From the NCBI GenBank assembly GCA_964566925.1, contig CAZMIZ010000001.1, positions 71,248-135,247 on the forward strand: a stretch of DNA of 64,000 nucleotides, read 5' to 3'. Both the position numbers and the translations under genes were made by a program. Below are positions 28,673 through 39,188 of this stretch, piece after piece. Source of the DNA: an uncultured Gammaproteobacteria bacterium (GTDB taxonomy: Bacteria > Patescibacteriota > Microgenomatia > PFEM01 > DATLAM01). Below the pieces are notes generated by a model. It worked only from the letters and a program-made list of their open reading frames with translations. It ran no database searches and was not told the origin of the DNA. Each line of letters begins with the position of its first letter. Within the stretch, counting starts at the first letter, position 1.

Positions 28673-30841
28673 TCAGCGGGAAAAGCGCCGGCGGGAAAGA
28701 GGGTGATGACGAGAATTCCTTACCGGTTTCCGCTGGCGTGGTTTGGGGGCTCGTTTGGCATCTTCACCAAAAAGCATGGAAAGATTAATCCGACCCATAT
28801 CATCAATTTCTCTTACTCTAACCTTAACCTTTTGACCTATCTTGACAACATCGTTGGGATCAGAAACATACTGGGTTGACATTTGAGAAACATGAACTAG
28901 CCCTTCTTTTCCTGGGGCAATCTCGACAAAAGCGCCAAAAGGTTGAATTCGCTTAACTGTTCCTTCAAAAACTTCGCCAGCTTCTACTTCTTTGATTAAA
29001 CCTTCAATCCAGGCAACCGCCTGATCAACTGATTGTTTACCAGCACCAGAAATATTAACCGTCCCGTCATCTTCGACATCAACCGCCGCTCCAGTCTTGC
29101 TAATAATTTCTCTAATAATTCTACCTCCCGGGCCAATCACTTCCCCAATTTTTTCCACCGGGACATGCAAGATTGAAACTTTAGGAGCAAACTTTGATAG
29201 TTGGGCTCGGGAAGCTGGTAAAACTTTAAGCATCTCTTCTAAAATGTAAACCCGCCCCTCTCGAGCTTGAGCCATCGCTTTTTTAATTATCTCAAGAGTT
29301 AGATGGTGAGTTTTAACATCCAGCTGAAGAGCCGTGACTCCTTCTTTAGTTCCAGCGACTTTAAAATCCATATCACCATTAAAATCTTCCATCCCTAAAA
29401 TATCAGAGAGAATAACCGCTTTTCCTTTTTCCGAAATTAAACCCATCGCAATCCCGGCCACCGGTGCTTTAATGGGAACCCCCGCATCCATTAGAGAAAG
29501 AGTAGAGCCACAGACGGCGGCCATTGAAGTTGAACCATTGGAAGACATTATTTCTGACACCAAACGGATAGTATAGGGAAACTTTTCTTCGGAAGGAATC
29601 ATCGGCGCTAGGGCTTTTTCTGCCAGAGCGCCATGGCCAATTTCTCGACGACTTGGCCAGCCCAAACGTCCGGTTTCACCGACTGAAAAGGGAGGCATAT
29701 AGTAATGGTGAATATAGCGCTTGGTCTCCTCACCGGTCATCCCTTCAATTAACTGCTCTAATGAAGGCGACCCAAGCGTGGTGACAGTTAAAGCCTGAGT
29801 TTGTCCTCGGGCAAACATCGCCGAACCGTGGGTGCGCGGTAAGATGCCAACTTCAATCTCTAAGGGTCTTATTTGGTCTGGCCGACGACCATCGGGCCTC
29901 TTACCACTCTTTAAAGTTGAGGCCCGAATTTTCTTTTTCATCAGTTCATCAACAATTTTGGCAATAGTTATTCTTTTCTCTTCATCATATTTCTCAACTA
30001 AGGCCGCCCTCAATTCTTCAAGGGTTTTGCCCGAATCTTTTTTAGTGGCCATCTGAACAATTAAGCTGTCCAGGTCTTTACCAATCTCTTTTTCTATTCT
30101 TTTAACCAACGAGGCCTTCACTTTTTCTTCTCTAAGGACCTGTTTTTTCTGACCAACAGTTTTTTGTAATAGTTTAATTAATTGAACTATTTTGGCCGCT
30201 TCTTTTTGGGCGAATTCCAGTCCTTTGAGAATAGTCTCCTCGGGAATCCCTTTAGCCTCTCCATCAATCATCGCCATCGTTTCTTGGGTGGCAGCAATCA
30301 CTAAATCCATTTCAGAATACTCCAGATCCTGATAGGTAGGATTAGCAATAAAGGTTTCCTCTCCGTTCTGAGGAACATAACCTACCCGGACGGCTCCAAC
30401 CGGTCCCTCCCAAGGGATGCTAGAAATAGCCAAAGCGGCGCTGGCAGCACAAATCGCAGGAATATCTGGATCGTTTTCGCTATCAACCGAAAGCACAGTG
30501 ATGATCACCTGAACTTCGTTCCGATATGCCTTTGGGAAAAATGGTCGAATAGAACGATCAATTAGCCGAGCCGTTCGAGTCGCTTCGTCTGAGGGACGAC
30601 CTTCTCTTTTAACCCAGCGTGAACCCTTGATTCTTCCACCGGCATAAAGACGTTCTATATACTCCACATAGAGAGGGAAATAATCTAAATCCTCTCGGGG
30701 AGAAGACGAAACAACCGTCGCTAAAACCATGGTGTCACCATAGCGGGCAATTACCGAAGCGTCTGCTTGACCACCAAAGCGACCGACTTCGAGAAAAATC
30801 TCTTTACCCCCAATTTCTGTTTTTTTGGAAACAATTTTCAT
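28673..30841 (-). CDS. pnp: Polynucleotide phosphorylase
   Basis: Two RNase-PH domains, KH and S1 domains, and a basic C-terminal tail; 722 aa. Confidence 0.95.
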   Translation of the reverse strand: MKIVSKKTEIGGKEIFLEVGRFGGQADASVIARYGDTMVLATVVSSSPREDLDYFPLYVEYIERLYAGGRIKGSRWVKREGRPSDEATRTARLIDRSIRPFFPKAYRNEVQVIITVLSVDSENDPDIPAICAASAALAISSIPWEGPVGAVRVGYVPQNGEETFIANPTYQDLEYSEMDLVIAATQETMAMIDGEAKGIPEETILKGLEFAQKEAAKIVQLIKLLQKTVGQKKQVLREEKVKASLVKRIEKEIGKDLDSLIVQMATKKDSGKTLEELRAALVEKYDEEKRITIAKIVDELMKKKIRASTLKSGKRPDGRRPDQIRPLEIEVGILPRTHGSAMFARGQTQALTVTTLGSPSLEQLIEGMTGEETKRYIHHYYMPPFSVGETGRLGWPSRREIGHGALAEKALAPMIPSEEKFPYTIRLVSEIMSSNGSTSMAAVCGSTLSLMDAGVPIKAPVAGIAMGLISEKGKAVILSDILGMEDFNGDMDFKVAGTKEGVTALQLDVKTHHLTLEIIKKAMAQAREGRVYILEEMLKVLPASRAQLSKFAPKVSILHVPVEKIGEVIGPGGRIIREIISKTGAAVDVEDDGTVNISGAGKQSVDQAVAWIEGLIKEVEAGEVFEGTVKRIQPFGAFVEIAPGKEGLVHVSQMSTQYVSDPNDVVKIGQKVKVRVREIDDMGRINLSMLFGEDAKRAPKPRQRKPVRNSRHHPLSRRRFSR

Positions 30842-30874
30842 AGTTTAGTTAATTAAATTAATACTCCTATCTGT

Positions 30875-31144
30875 TTATTTAGAGAGATTCAATTTTTTAA
30901 TAATGGCTTTATAACGTTCCTCTTCCTTTTTTATTAAATAATTAAGTAGCCGGCGCCGCTTAGAAACCATAGAAAGAAGACCGCGTCGACTATGAATATC
31001 CTTTTTATGCTCTTTAAGATGTTTTGTCAACTTTTTAATTTTGGCTGTCAAAAGAGCAATCTGCACCTCGGGAGAACCGGTATCTTCTTTGGTGGTAGCA
31101 AACTTGGAAATTGTCTTCTTTTTTTCGTCAGTTGTTAAAGCCAT
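30875..31144 (-). CDS. rpsO: Ribosomal protein S15
   Basis: [15 protein letters not shown]…[15 protein letters not shown]; 89 aa. Confidence 0.9.
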   Translation of the reverse strand: MALTTDEKKKTISKFATTKEDTGSPEVQIALLTAKIKKLTKHLKEHKKDIHSRRGLLSMVSKRRRLLNYLIKKEEERYKAIIKKLNLSK

Positions 31145-31189
31145 TTAGAAATATTTTAGCAAACGAGGATTTTTTTAACAAGAGGCTGA

Positions 31190-32086
31190 TTATACCCTGG
31201 TGGAACCTTTAAAAATTTTTGGTTCAAACCAATCTGCAGCGGGCTTTTCTTCTTTTTCCTCTTTTAAGGGAGCTTTTTTCGCCGAAACGCCAGAAGGCAT
31301 TGGCGAAAGGGTGGAGCCGGAGGACGTCGCTTTTTTAGGTCGAGGTTCAGGGGACACCCTCCTTCTGCGGGCACCGGCCCGGAGGCAAAAAGCAGTCAGT
31401 TCAAAAGTAGAAGCAGATGTTTTAGGCGAAGTAAACCCCTGCGTCATCTTCTCAATCCCTAGAAAAAGATTGGTGGCAATATCCTGATCAATGGGCATCC
31501 TGAGAGCAGAGATAAGACCAGCGACTAACTCCGAACAGGAAGAAACGGTCGGGACAGTCAGATTGATTTTCCCAAATTGGGTATTTTTCGGATCAACATC
31601 GAGGTTAACCACTGAACTCTGTTGATAAAGTTGTTTCTCCTGGGAATAAAGATTGCCTAAGTCCTCCAATTTTTGAGCCCCGACCACAAAAATAAGATCG
31701 GCGCCGCCAGAACTAGAATAGTTAACCTTATCAGTCGATAAAGGCGGAAAACCGGCTTTAGGTTGAATGAGAAGATTAAACTTATTATTTTCAATGTTAT
31801 AACTAACTTTTTCAATTGAATCCTCAATATAATCAAAGGAGATGACTAGATTTTTCCCTCCCAGTTTTTGGCCAATCTTATCTACCCCTACAAGAGAGGA
31901 AAGCTCAACTGTCATTTCGTCGGGACAAACAATTGTTACTGTTTTGCCTGTTTTTTTTAAAGAAAGGAAAAGGGCTAGGGCAGCTGCAATTTTGTCCAGA
32001 CTTGGCATCTTTGGGGCGATAATAAAAGCAGTTTGGGAATTAGTAAGAGCTTGTTGAACAGGACCAAAGTTGAGTTGATGGTTCAT
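31190..32086 (-). CDS. NrnA-like DHH/DHHA1-fold protein with degenerate catalytic motifs
   Basis: Aligns to B. subtilis NrnA, but the DHH motif reads DVD (…VNLDVDPKNTQFG vs KIDHHPNEDPYG) and the N-terminal DxD is absent. A basic low-complexity tail follows. Same position as nrnA near infB/rbfA in other bacteria. Confidence 0.4.
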   Translation of the reverse strand: MNHQLNFGPVQQALTNSQTAFIIAPKMPSLDKIAAALALFLSLKKTGKTVTIVCPDEMTVELSSLVGVDKIGQKLGGKNLVISFDYIEDSIEKVSYNIENNKFNLLIQPKAGFPPLSTDKVNYSSSGGADLIFVVGAQKLEDLGNLYSQEKQLYQQSSVVNLDVDPKNTQFGKINLTVPTVSSCSELVAGLISALRMPIDQDIATNLFLGIEKMTQGFTSPKTSASTFELTAFCLRAGARRRRVSPEPRPKKATSSGSTLSPMPSGVSAKKAPLKEEKEEKPAADWFEPKIFKGSTRV

Positions 32087-33552
32087 GATGTTTCTTTCAG
32101 TTTACGGAAAGATATTAGCATATCCCCTAGTTTGAAGTCAAGGGATGGACTTAAGACAACCCCAAACTCGTCTCCCTTTTTAGCTTTATCGATATCCTTC
32201 CTGCCTTGCTTCATTGATTTAATCCGGCAATCGCTGATCAGCTCTTCACCCCTCTTAAGGTGGAGCTTATCAGCTTTGGCAATTCTTCCTTCTTTGGCTT
32301 CACAACCAGCAATCCGCTCCTTCTCAATTTTAAATTCCGCCACCACTTCGGCTTGACCAAGAATCTCTTCATCAATCGTCGGCTCAAGCATTTTTAAAAC
32401 CCGTTTTTCTATTTCCTCTAAAAGCTCATAGATAACATTATAGGTTATAATCTTCACCTTATCTACCTGGGCCAGTTTTTTAATTGATGCGGGAATTTTA
32501 ACATTAAAACCTAAAAGTAAACTGTTGGTAGTTGAAGCCAAAAGGACATCTGATTCATTGACATCGCCCACTCCTGAATGAATCACTTCGACTTCTTTGG
32601 GGAGACTAGCCAAAATCGCTTCTAAGGTGCCGACTACATCGGCTTTAAAAATTACCTTTAATTTTTTCTTTTCCTCTTCTTCAGAGGTTATCTTTTTGAT
32701 TAGTTTTGGCTCTTCGGCTTTTTCCCCGACTATTTTAGCTTTTTTTACTTTACTTCCTACTCGGGGAAGGTCTTTGAAACCTAAAACTTCAACTGGCTTG
32801 CTCGGTCCTGCTTTTTTAACGGCTTTCCTATTTTCATCCAACATCGCCTTTACTTTTGCCCCAACTTTATCAGCCATAATCTCGTCCCTTAATCTCAAAG
32901 TGCCATCTTTAACTAAGAGAGTGGCCACCGGTCCTTGAGATCGGTCAAGTTTTGACTCAATAACCACCGCCTTAAGGGAAGCCTGTGGATCAGCGCGAAG
33001 ATCGGCCATCTCGGCAAGGAGAAGGACCATCTCCAGAAGTTCATCAATCCCCTGACCGCTTTTGGCAGAGACCGGTACAACGACAATATCACCACCATAA
33101 TCTTCAATCTGAATATCATTTTTAAACAACTCTTCCTTAACTTTTTCCACGGCTATATTAGGAAGATCAATCTTGTTAATGGCCACCAGGTAAGGAATTT
33201 TGGCAGTTTTAATATGTTTAAGGCTTTCCAGGGTTTGGGGTTTTATTCCTTCGTCAGCCGCCACCACTAAAACGACAAAATCGGTTACTTCGGCTCCCCG
33301 GGCTCTCATCTCAACGAAGGCGGCATGACCGGGGGTATCAATAAAAGTAATTGTTTTTCCCTGATGAACTACTTGATAAGCACCAATGTGTTGGGTAATA
33401 CCGCCAGCTTCCTTTGTCGCTAGATCGGTTTTTCTGATTTTGTCAAGAAGACTGGTTTTACCATGATCAACGTGACCGAGAATGGCCACTACTGGAGGGC
33501 AAGATTGAAGTTTTTCTTTGTTGACGGTCCTTTTTGGTTTCTTCTTGGCCAT
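32083..33552 (-). CDS. infB: Translation initiation factor IF-2 (short form)
   Basis: G-domain [17 protein letters not shown] and NKID motifs; 489 aa. The start may be internal, given the ~86-nt overlap with ylxR. Confidence 0.9.
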   Translation of the reverse strand: MAKKKPKRTVNKEKLQSCPPVVAILGHVDHGKTSLLDKIRKTDLATKEAGGITQHIGAYQVVHQGKTITFIDTPGHAAFVEMRARGAEVTDFVVLVVAADEGIKPQTLESLKHIKTAKIPYLVAINKIDLPNIAVEKVKEELFKNDIQIEDYGGDIVVVPVSAKSGQGIDELLEMVLLLAEMADLRADPQASLKAVVIESKLDRSQGPVATLLVKDGTLRLRDEIMADKVGAKVKAMLDENRKAVKKAGPSKPVEVLGFKDLPRVGSKVKKAKIVGEKAEEPKLIKKITSEEEEKKKLKVIFKADVVGTLEAILASLPKEVEVIHSGVGDVNESDVLLASTTNSLLLGFNVKIPASIKKLAQVDKVKIITYNVIYELLEEIEKRVLKMLEPTIDEEILGQAEVVAEFKIEKERIAGCEAKEGRIAKADKLHLKRGEELISDCRIKSMKQGRKDIDKAKKGDEFGVVLSPSLDFKLGDMLISFRKLKETS

Positions 33553-33802
33553 ATTTAAGCAATAAACTTTTAATTTTCAGATTCTTTCTAAAGGTTCGTT
33601 CAAGAACTTTCTTTTCCATCGCTTTCCTAAAACAGGCTTTTTTAAAACCCCTCTTAGTTCTGCACAAGTAGGCACCACGACCTGGAATCTTCCCTGAAAG
33701 ATCGGCGATCACCTGATCGCCATCAATCGTCAGCCGAATAAGTTTTTCTTTTGGTTGTTTAGTTAAACAGCCAACACAGGTGCGCTGTGGGATCTTTTTC
33801 AC
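33467..33802 (-). CDS. ylxR: YlxR/DUF448 nucleic-acid-binding protein
   Basis: R(T)C.GC…GRGAYLC motif; canonical nusA–ylxR–infB order. Confidence 0.6.
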   Translation of the reverse strand: MKKIPQRTCVGCLTKQPKEKLIRLTIDGDQVIADLSGKIPGRGAYLCRTKRGFKKACFRKAMEKKVLERTFRKNLKIKSLLLKYGQEETKKDRQQRKTSILPSSSGHSRSR

Positions 33803-34971
33803 TTAAGAATTTTTGCGATTTCCTTGAGCGCCTTTGGGCCCAAACCTTTAATTTTAGCTAACTCCCTTTCTGGCTTCTTTTTTAACTCTTCAAGGGTTTC
33901 TATTCCTGCTTCTTCTAGAATATTAGCTATTCTTTTGGAAAGGCCGGCTTTGACAAGTTTAGACTCCTCTTTGGCCGTTTTTTTAGTCGCCTTCTTAGCC
34001 GTTTTTTTAGCGCCCTTAATGTCGATTTTATAACCAGTTAACTTAGCTGCCAAGCGGACGTTCTGACCTTCTCTACCGATTGCTAAGGAGAGTTGATCGT
34101 CAGGCATGGCGACGACAGCGGATTTTTTCTTCTCATTAACTTCAACTTTAATTCCTTCAGCAGGAGAAAGGGCGGCGGTAATAAATTTAACCGGATCCTC
34201 GCTATAAGCAATAACGTCAATTTTCTCGCCGTTCAACTCATTGATCACCGCTTGAACTCGAACCCCTTTTTGACCAACACAAGACCCGACTGGGTCAACT
34301 CCTACTTGATCGGAGAAAACGGCTACTTTTGTTCGGCTTCCTGCCTCTCGAGCAATCGCTCTAATCTTAACGGCGCCGCTAGAAACCTCTGGTACTTCCC
34401 GACGGAAAAGTCCTTCGACTAAACCTGAATGGGCGCGAGAAACAACAATCTCTTGACCCCTGGTTGATTCGCTAATTCCTTCAATATAAAAAGTGAGACG
34501 CTGATTAAGCTGATATTTTTCTCCTCTAGCTTGTTCTTGAGGGGGCATTAACCCCTCAGTTTTACCAATATCCATAATGATATTAGGACCATCGAAGCGC
34601 AAAACCATACCGTTAATGAGGGTGCCCACTTTTTCTGAATATTCAGCGATCACCGCCGATTTTTCGGCTTCTCGAATCTTCTGTAAAATTACCTGCTTGG
34701 CAGTTTGGGCAGCAATCCGACCAAAGCCAGGAGGAGTCATTTCCTTTTTTTCTTTCTTTTTACCTTCCGGCCAAAGATAGATCTTGGCTCCGCCGGTGTT
34801 CGAATCAAGCTCAACTTCGTACTCAAAATCCTCCTTAAAGCCATAATCCTTTCGATAGGCCGCCAAAATAGCGGCCTTAATCGTTTCTAAGACCACCTCA
34901 GGCTCCACACCTCGTTCAAGACAAACTTGATTGAGGGCAGAGGCAAATTCTGTTCTTGCTTTGATATTCAT
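33799..34971 (-). CDS. nusA: Transcription termination/antitermination factor NusA
   Basis: N-terminal domain, S1 and two KH domains; 390 aa, without C-terminal AR repeats. Confidence 0.9.
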   Translation of the reverse strand: MNIKARTEFASALNQVCLERGVEPEVVLETIKAAILAAYRKDYGFKEDFEYEVELDSNTGGAKIYLWPEGKKKEKKEMTPPGFGRIAAQTAKQVILQKIREAEKSAVIAEYSEKVGTLINGMVLRFDGPNIIMDIGKTEGLMPPQEQARGEKYQLNQRLTFYIEGISESTRGQEIVVSRAHSGLVEGLFRREVPEVSSGAVKIRAIAREAGSRTKVAVFSDQVGVDPVGSCVGQKGVRVQAVINELNGEKIDVIAYSEDPVKFITAALSPAEGIKVEVNEKKKSAVVAMPDDQLSLAIGREGQNVRLAAKLTGYKIDIKGAKKTAKKATKKTAKEESKLVKAGLSKRIANILEEAGIETLEELKKKPERELAKIKGLGPKALKEIAKILK

Positions 34972-34984
34972 CTTACCCCTTAGT

Positions 34985-35008
34985 AAAAAAGGTGGGAAAC
35001 CCCACCTC
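34985..35008 (-). terminator. Rho-independent terminator downstream of dnaJ
   Basis: Minus-strand AGGTGGG-gttt-CCCACCT followed by TTTTTT; about 60 nt after the dnaJ stop. Confidence 0.55.
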
Positions 35009-35067
35009 TAAACCTGCTTACCTGGTAAAAATTTTATCAAGAAAATAGAAGGAAGTCAAATGAAGTT

Positions 35068-35961
35068 TTACTTCTCAAACTTCTTGAGTGCTTCTCTCTG
35101 TTCGCGGGTCAGTTTTTCCGGAATTTTAACCTGAAGGCGAACGTATTGGTTGCCGCGGCCAAAACCGCGAAGGTTTCTGATCCCTCTTCCCCGGAGGCGA
35201 ACCATAGTTCCCGGTTGAGTCCCCGACCTTACCCTTAATTTAACTTTACCATCAATTGTCGGCACTTCGGTTGTTCCGCCTAAAATGGCCATTGACAAAG
35301 GAATCTTATGATTAACAAAAACGTCAGGACCATCTCGCTGAAAAGTTTTATCAGGCTGGACATCAATGGTGACATCAAAATCGGCAAATCTAATTCTTGA
35401 ACCATCATCCACTCCAGCCGGAACTTTGATTGTTTTCTTTCTGCCATTAAGGTTAACAGCTTTTTCACAACCTTTAGCAGCCTCCATAAAAGAAAGGCTT
35501 AAGCCATAGCGGGGCTTAGCTTCTTGCCGACCAAAAGGCGAACCACCGCCAAAAAATTGCTCAAAAATCTCAAAAGGATCAGAAAAACCACCAAAATCGA
35601 ATCCCCCTCTTGGGCTCCCCCTATAGGTGGTGTAAGTATAAGTGAAAGGGCCTTGGCGATAAGTTCGGGTTTGGCCACCACCGAAAGGGCTGCCCCGAAA
35701 ACCGCCTGGCCCAGGACCAGCCCCGCCATAACGAGGATCGAAAGCAGCGTGGCCGAATTGATCATAGGTCTGCTTTTTTTTGGGGTCGGACAAAACCTCG
35801 TAAGCCTCATTTATTTCTTTGAATTTCTCGCTCGCATCTGAAGACTTATTCCGATCCGGATGATGCTCTAAGGCCAGCTTACGGTAGGCCTTTTTTATTT
35901 CTTCTTTGGAAGCCTTTTTGGAAACACCAAGGATGTCATAATAATCACGTTTGGTTGGCAT
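35068..35961 (-). CDS. dnaJ: DnaJ-family co-chaperone, type II (J-domain + G/F region + CTD, no zinc finger)
   Basis: [13 protein letters not shown]…HPD J-domain and a Gly/Phe-rich linker, with no CxxCxGxG repeats. Confidence 0.8.
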   Translation of the reverse strand: MPTKRDYYDILGVSKKASKEEIKKAYRKLALEHHPDRNKSSDASEKFKEINEAYEVLSDPKKKQTYDQFGHAAFDPRYGGAGPGPGGFRGSPFGGGQTRTYRQGPFTYTYTTYRGSPRGGFDFGGFSDPFEIFEQFFGGGSPFGRQEAKPRYGLSLSFMEAAKGCEKAVNLNGRKKTIKVPAGVDDGSRIRFADFDVTIDVQPDKTFQRDGPDVFVNHKIPLSMAILGGTTEVPTIDGKVKLRVRSGTQPGTMVRLRGRGIRNLRGFGRGNQYVRLQVKIPEKLTREQREALKKFEK

Positions 35962-36016
35962 ACCACCACTATTTCGAGTTTACGAGAAACAAGGTTCTGC
36001 ACGCAAGTGCAGGTTC

Positions 36017-37954
36017 TTATTCTACCACTTCTCCTTCTTCGGCTTCCTCTTTACCTGCCGAAGCTTTAGATTTCTTCCCTTTCTTTTTCTTGCCCTCCGA
36101 AGCCTTGGCGGAGGAGGGTTCACCGCTAGGTGGAGTTTGTTGGCCTTGCTGTTGAGCCTGGTACATGGCCGCCCCCACCTTTTGGAGTTCTTCAGAAAGC
36201 TTCTTGGAAGCTTCGTCGAATTGGTCTTTGGTAGTGTCTTCTTTGCCCAGAAGCTCTTTAACTTTCTTAATTTCTTCCTCAACCTTTTCTTTATCCTCTT
36301 TTTTAACTTTATCACCAGCCTCTTTTAAGGTCTTTTCAGCGGTAAAAACCAAACCATCAGCCTGGTTTCTGGCTTCAATTGCCTCCTTTTTCTTTTGATC
36401 TTCATCAGCGTGTTTTTCGGCTTCTGCTTGCGCCTGCTTAATCTCGTCATCTGTAAGACCAACGGCGCCCTTAATCACAATTGACTGGGATTTATTGGTC
36501 GCCTTATCAACGGCCTTAACGTTCAAGATCCCGTTGGCGTCAATATCAAAAGTAACCTCAATTTGGGGTACACCTCTCGGTGCCGGCGGAATTCCGGCTA
36601 AAATGAATTTACCCAAGGATTTATTATCCGCAGCCATTGGCCTTTCCCCTTGGAGAACATTGATTTCTACCTGGGTCTGATTGTCAGCCGCAGTAGAGAA
36701 AATCTGAGATTTAGAGGTCGGTACGGTCGTATTACGGTCGATCAAGGGCGTCCGGACGGCTCCTAAGGTTTCAATGCCTAAGGTTAAAGGGGTAACGTCC
36801 AATAAAAGGACATCTTTAACCTCGCCACCCAAAACTCCACCTTGAATCGCCGCCCCAACGGCCACTACCTCATCAGGGTTAACCGATTTGTTTGGCTCTT
36901 TACCAAAGAACTTCTTAACGGTTTCATAAACTTTGGGCATCCGGGTCATGCCACCTACAAGAATAATCTCATTGATATCTTTGGTCTCAATCTTGGCGTC
37001 TTTGAAACAAGCCTTAACCGGACCCATCGTTTTTTCAATCAGATCATCAACCAGCTGTTCTAATTTTGACCGGGTTAGCTTCATCGTTAGATGTAAAGGT
37101 TGACCTTCTTTGCCCTGGGTAATGAAGGGTTGATTAATTTCTGTTTCTTGAGATGAAGAGAGTTCAATCTTCGCTTTTTCAGCGGCGTCTCGAACCCGTT
37201 GTAAGGCCTGCTTGTCTTCTCTTAAATCAATGCCGTTTTCTTTTTTAAACTCATCGGCGATCCAATCAAGAATTCGCTGATCAAAATCATCACCACCAAG
37301 ATGGGTGTCGCCGTTAGTGGCTTTAACTTCAAAAACGCCGTCACCAATTTCTAAAATGGAGATATCGAAAGTGCCGCCTCCTAAGTCATAAATAGCAATT
37401 GTCTCACCGCCTTTTTTCTCTAAACCGTAAGCCAAAGAAGCAGCGGTTGGTTCATTAATGATTCGTTCCACTTTCAAGCCGGCAATCTCCCCGGCCTGTT
37501 TAGTTGCCTGACGTTGGGAGTCATCAAAATAGGCTGGCACCGTAATTACCGCCCGCTCAACTTTTTCACCTAAATAGGCCTCAGCATCAGCTTTACACTT
37601 TCTTAAAACCTTCGCCGAAATCTCTTGGGGGGTAAATTCTTTACCACCAACTTCAACGACGGCCATCCCGTCCTTGCCGCTCTTAACCTTGTAGGGAACC
37701 ATCTTCTGAGTCTTTTTAACCTCACTATCGGTGAAACGCCGACCCATTAACCGTTTAATGGAATAAATGGTGTTATCCGGATTTAAAATCATCTGACGTT
37801 TGGCGACTTCGCCCACGAGATTCTTCACTGGCTCGACCACCGAAGGAATCGTGTTTCTCCCTTCAGCCGAGGGAATCACTTTTGGCTTACCAGCTTCCAT
37901 CACCGCCACGCAAGAGTTGGTGGTCCCTAAATCAATCCCAATAATCTTACTCAT
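36017..37954 (-). CDS. dnaK: Chaperone DnaK (Hsp70)
   Basis: [14 protein letters not shown] and DLGGGTFD motifs; 645 aa. Confidence 0.95.
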   Translation of the reverse strand: MSKIIGIDLGTTNSCVAVMEAGKPKVIPSAEGRNTIPSVVEPVKNLVGEVAKRQMILNPDNTIYSIKRLMGRRFTDSEVKKTQKMVPYKVKSGKDGMAVVEVGGKEFTPQEISAKVLRKCKADAEAYLGEKVERAVITVPAYFDDSQRQATKQAGEIAGLKVERIINEPTAASLAYGLEKKGGETIAIYDLGGGTFDISILEIGDGVFEVKATNGDTHLGGDDFDQRILDWIADEFKKENGIDLREDKQALQRVRDAAEKAKIELSSSQETEINQPFITQGKEGQPLHLTMKLTRSKLEQLVDDLIEKTMGPVKACFKDAKIETKDINEIILVGGMTRMPKVYETVKKFFGKEPNKSVNPDEVVAVGAAIQGGVLGGEVKDVLLLDVTPLTLGIETLGAVRTPLIDRNTTVPTSKSQIFSTAADNQTQVEINVLQGERPMAADNKSLGKFILAGIPPAPRGVPQIEVTFDIDANGILNVKAVDKATNKSQSIVIKGAVGLTDDEIKQAQAEAEKHADEDQKKKEAIEARNQADGLVFTAEKTLKEAGDKVKKEDKEKVEEEIKKVKELLGKEDTTKDQFDEASKKLSEELQKVGAAMYQAQQQGQQTPPSGEPSSAKASEGKKKKGKKSKASAGKEEAEEGEVVE

Positions 37955-38396
37955 GCTTTTTGCCTCCTTTGCCTACCCGAACTTTAGCCGGGCGCAAAAC
38001 TTTATCAGCTAATTTGTAACCTTTTTGACAAACTTCAACTACCACATTTTCCGGTCCTTGACAAATTTCAATACAATCCATTGTTTCTGGGTTAAACTGC
38101 TCATTTAAAGCCTTAATTTCCTCAACTTCTTCAGTTTTCAAAACCTGGCGAAGTTGATTAACGGCCATCGTCAAACCCTTGTCTTTTAAATGCTCTTCTG
38201 CCCGCTCCAAATCATCTAAAACCGCCAAGAGTTTATCAATTAATGAAGCGTTGGCGAACTTGACTAAATCCGCCTTGCCTCTTTCAATTCTTTTTTCAAG
38301 GTTCCTATAATCAGCGGCTGCCCGTTTCCATTTATTTTCTAAATCAACTAACTTCTCTTCCAATCTAGACTTAGTTAACTTCTTATCCTTGGCCAT
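37947..38396 (-). CDS. grpE: Nucleotide exchange factor GrpE
   Basis: Coiled-coil N-terminus and GrpE core; overlaps the dnaK start. Confidence 0.85.
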   Translation of the reverse strand: MAKDKKLTKSRLEEKLVDLENKWKRAAADYRNLEKRIERGKADLVKFANASLIDKLLAVLDDLERAEEHLKDKGLTMAVNQLRQVLKTEEVEEIKALNEQFNPETMDCIEICQGPENVVVEVCQKGYKLADKVLRPAKVRVGKGGKKHE

Positions 38397-38397
38397 T

Positions 38398-39129
38398 TTA
38401 GAAACCCTTGGCTAATTCTTCAATCAGATTGCCGAAATACCTGACCGTCGGAATAACCCGAGGATAATAAAGCCGTGAAGGACCAATTACGCCAACAGAA
38501 CCGCTTCTTTTCGGCCCGGCTTCAAAATCAGTGAAAACCATCCCACAGGGTTCTAAAAATTCGTAACCCAAATCTTCACCTAAAAGGAGATGGGTTGGTT
38601 CTTCACCAAACGATTTTCCAAAAAGATTGAGAAGGCTTTGAGCTTCATCAAGAATTGAGAGAACAGTCCTGGTAACATCAATGTCATAAAACTCAGGGGC
38701 TTCAAGGATATTGGCATAACCAGCATGATAGACATCACCTGCTTTGGTGGCGGCCACCGCCAGAGCCCGGGTCTGGGCCGCCAAAGCCCGAGTTGCTTCC
38801 TGCATCAATCTGTCAAAGTCGTGCCGGGAATCCCAAACCTTTTCTTTGGCTGCCACTTCTTCAGCTACCGAAAGCTTTTCCTCTTTCATTAATTGGGAAA
38901 CGTAAAATTTAAAGGCTTTAGGGGTGGGGGTTCGGCCAGCTGACGTGTGGAACTGTTTCAGATATTCTTCCTTAGTTAATTGAGCCATCTCGTTCCGGAT
39001 CGTAGCCGGAGAAACCCCAAGTTCATACTTTTTCTCTAATGTCTCTGAGCCCACCGGCTCAGCGGTCTTCATGTATTCTTCAATCAGCGCCTTAAGAATT
39101 TTAGTTTGTCGATCAGTTAAATCAGGCAT
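38398..39129 (-). CDS. hrcA: Heat-inducible repressor HrcA (short form)
   Basis: wHTH …LIEEYMKTAEPVGSETL…. The track start at 39171 is a TTG inside the CIRCE element; the ATG at 39129 is preferred. Confidence 0.75.
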   Translation of the reverse strand: MPDLTDRQTKILKALIEEYMKTAEPVGSETLEKKYELGVSPATIRNEMAQLTKEEYLKQFHTSAGRTPTPKAFKFYVSQLMKEEKLSVAEEVAAKEKVWDSRHDFDRLMQEATRALAAQTRALAVAATKAGDVYHAGYANILEAPEFYDIDVTRTVLSILDEAQSLLNLFGKSFGEEPTHLLLGEDLGYEFLEPCGMVFTDFEAGPKRSGSVGVIGPSRLYYPRVIPTVRYFGNLIEELAKGF

Positions 39130-39151
39130 TTTCAAACCGCGTCCAACGCGG

Positions 39152-39178
39152 TTAGCACTCTTATAACACAACTGCTAA
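39152..39178. promoter_or_regulatory. CIRCE-like HrcA operator: TTAGCACTC-N9-AACTGCTAA
   Basis: Nine of nine left-arm and seven of nine right-arm matches to TTAGCACTC-N9-GAGTGCTAA, 23 nt upstream of the hrcA ATG. Confidence 0.6.
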
Positions 39179-39188
39179 TATTTGTCAA
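39160..39188 (-). promoter_or_regulatory. Sigma70-like promoter for hrcA operon: -35 TTGACA, 17-nt spacer, -10 TATAAG, overlapping CIRCE
   Basis: Minus-strand read: TTGACA (comp. 39183-39188), aatattagcagttgtgt, TATAAG (comp. 39160-39165). Confidence 0.45.

Noticed and set aside
39130-39171. Track start of hrcA at 39171
   Set aside because: That start is a TTG inside the CIRCE inverted repeat. The in-frame ATG at 39129 gives a canonical HrcA N-terminus (MPDLTDRQTKIL…) and places CIRCE upstream.
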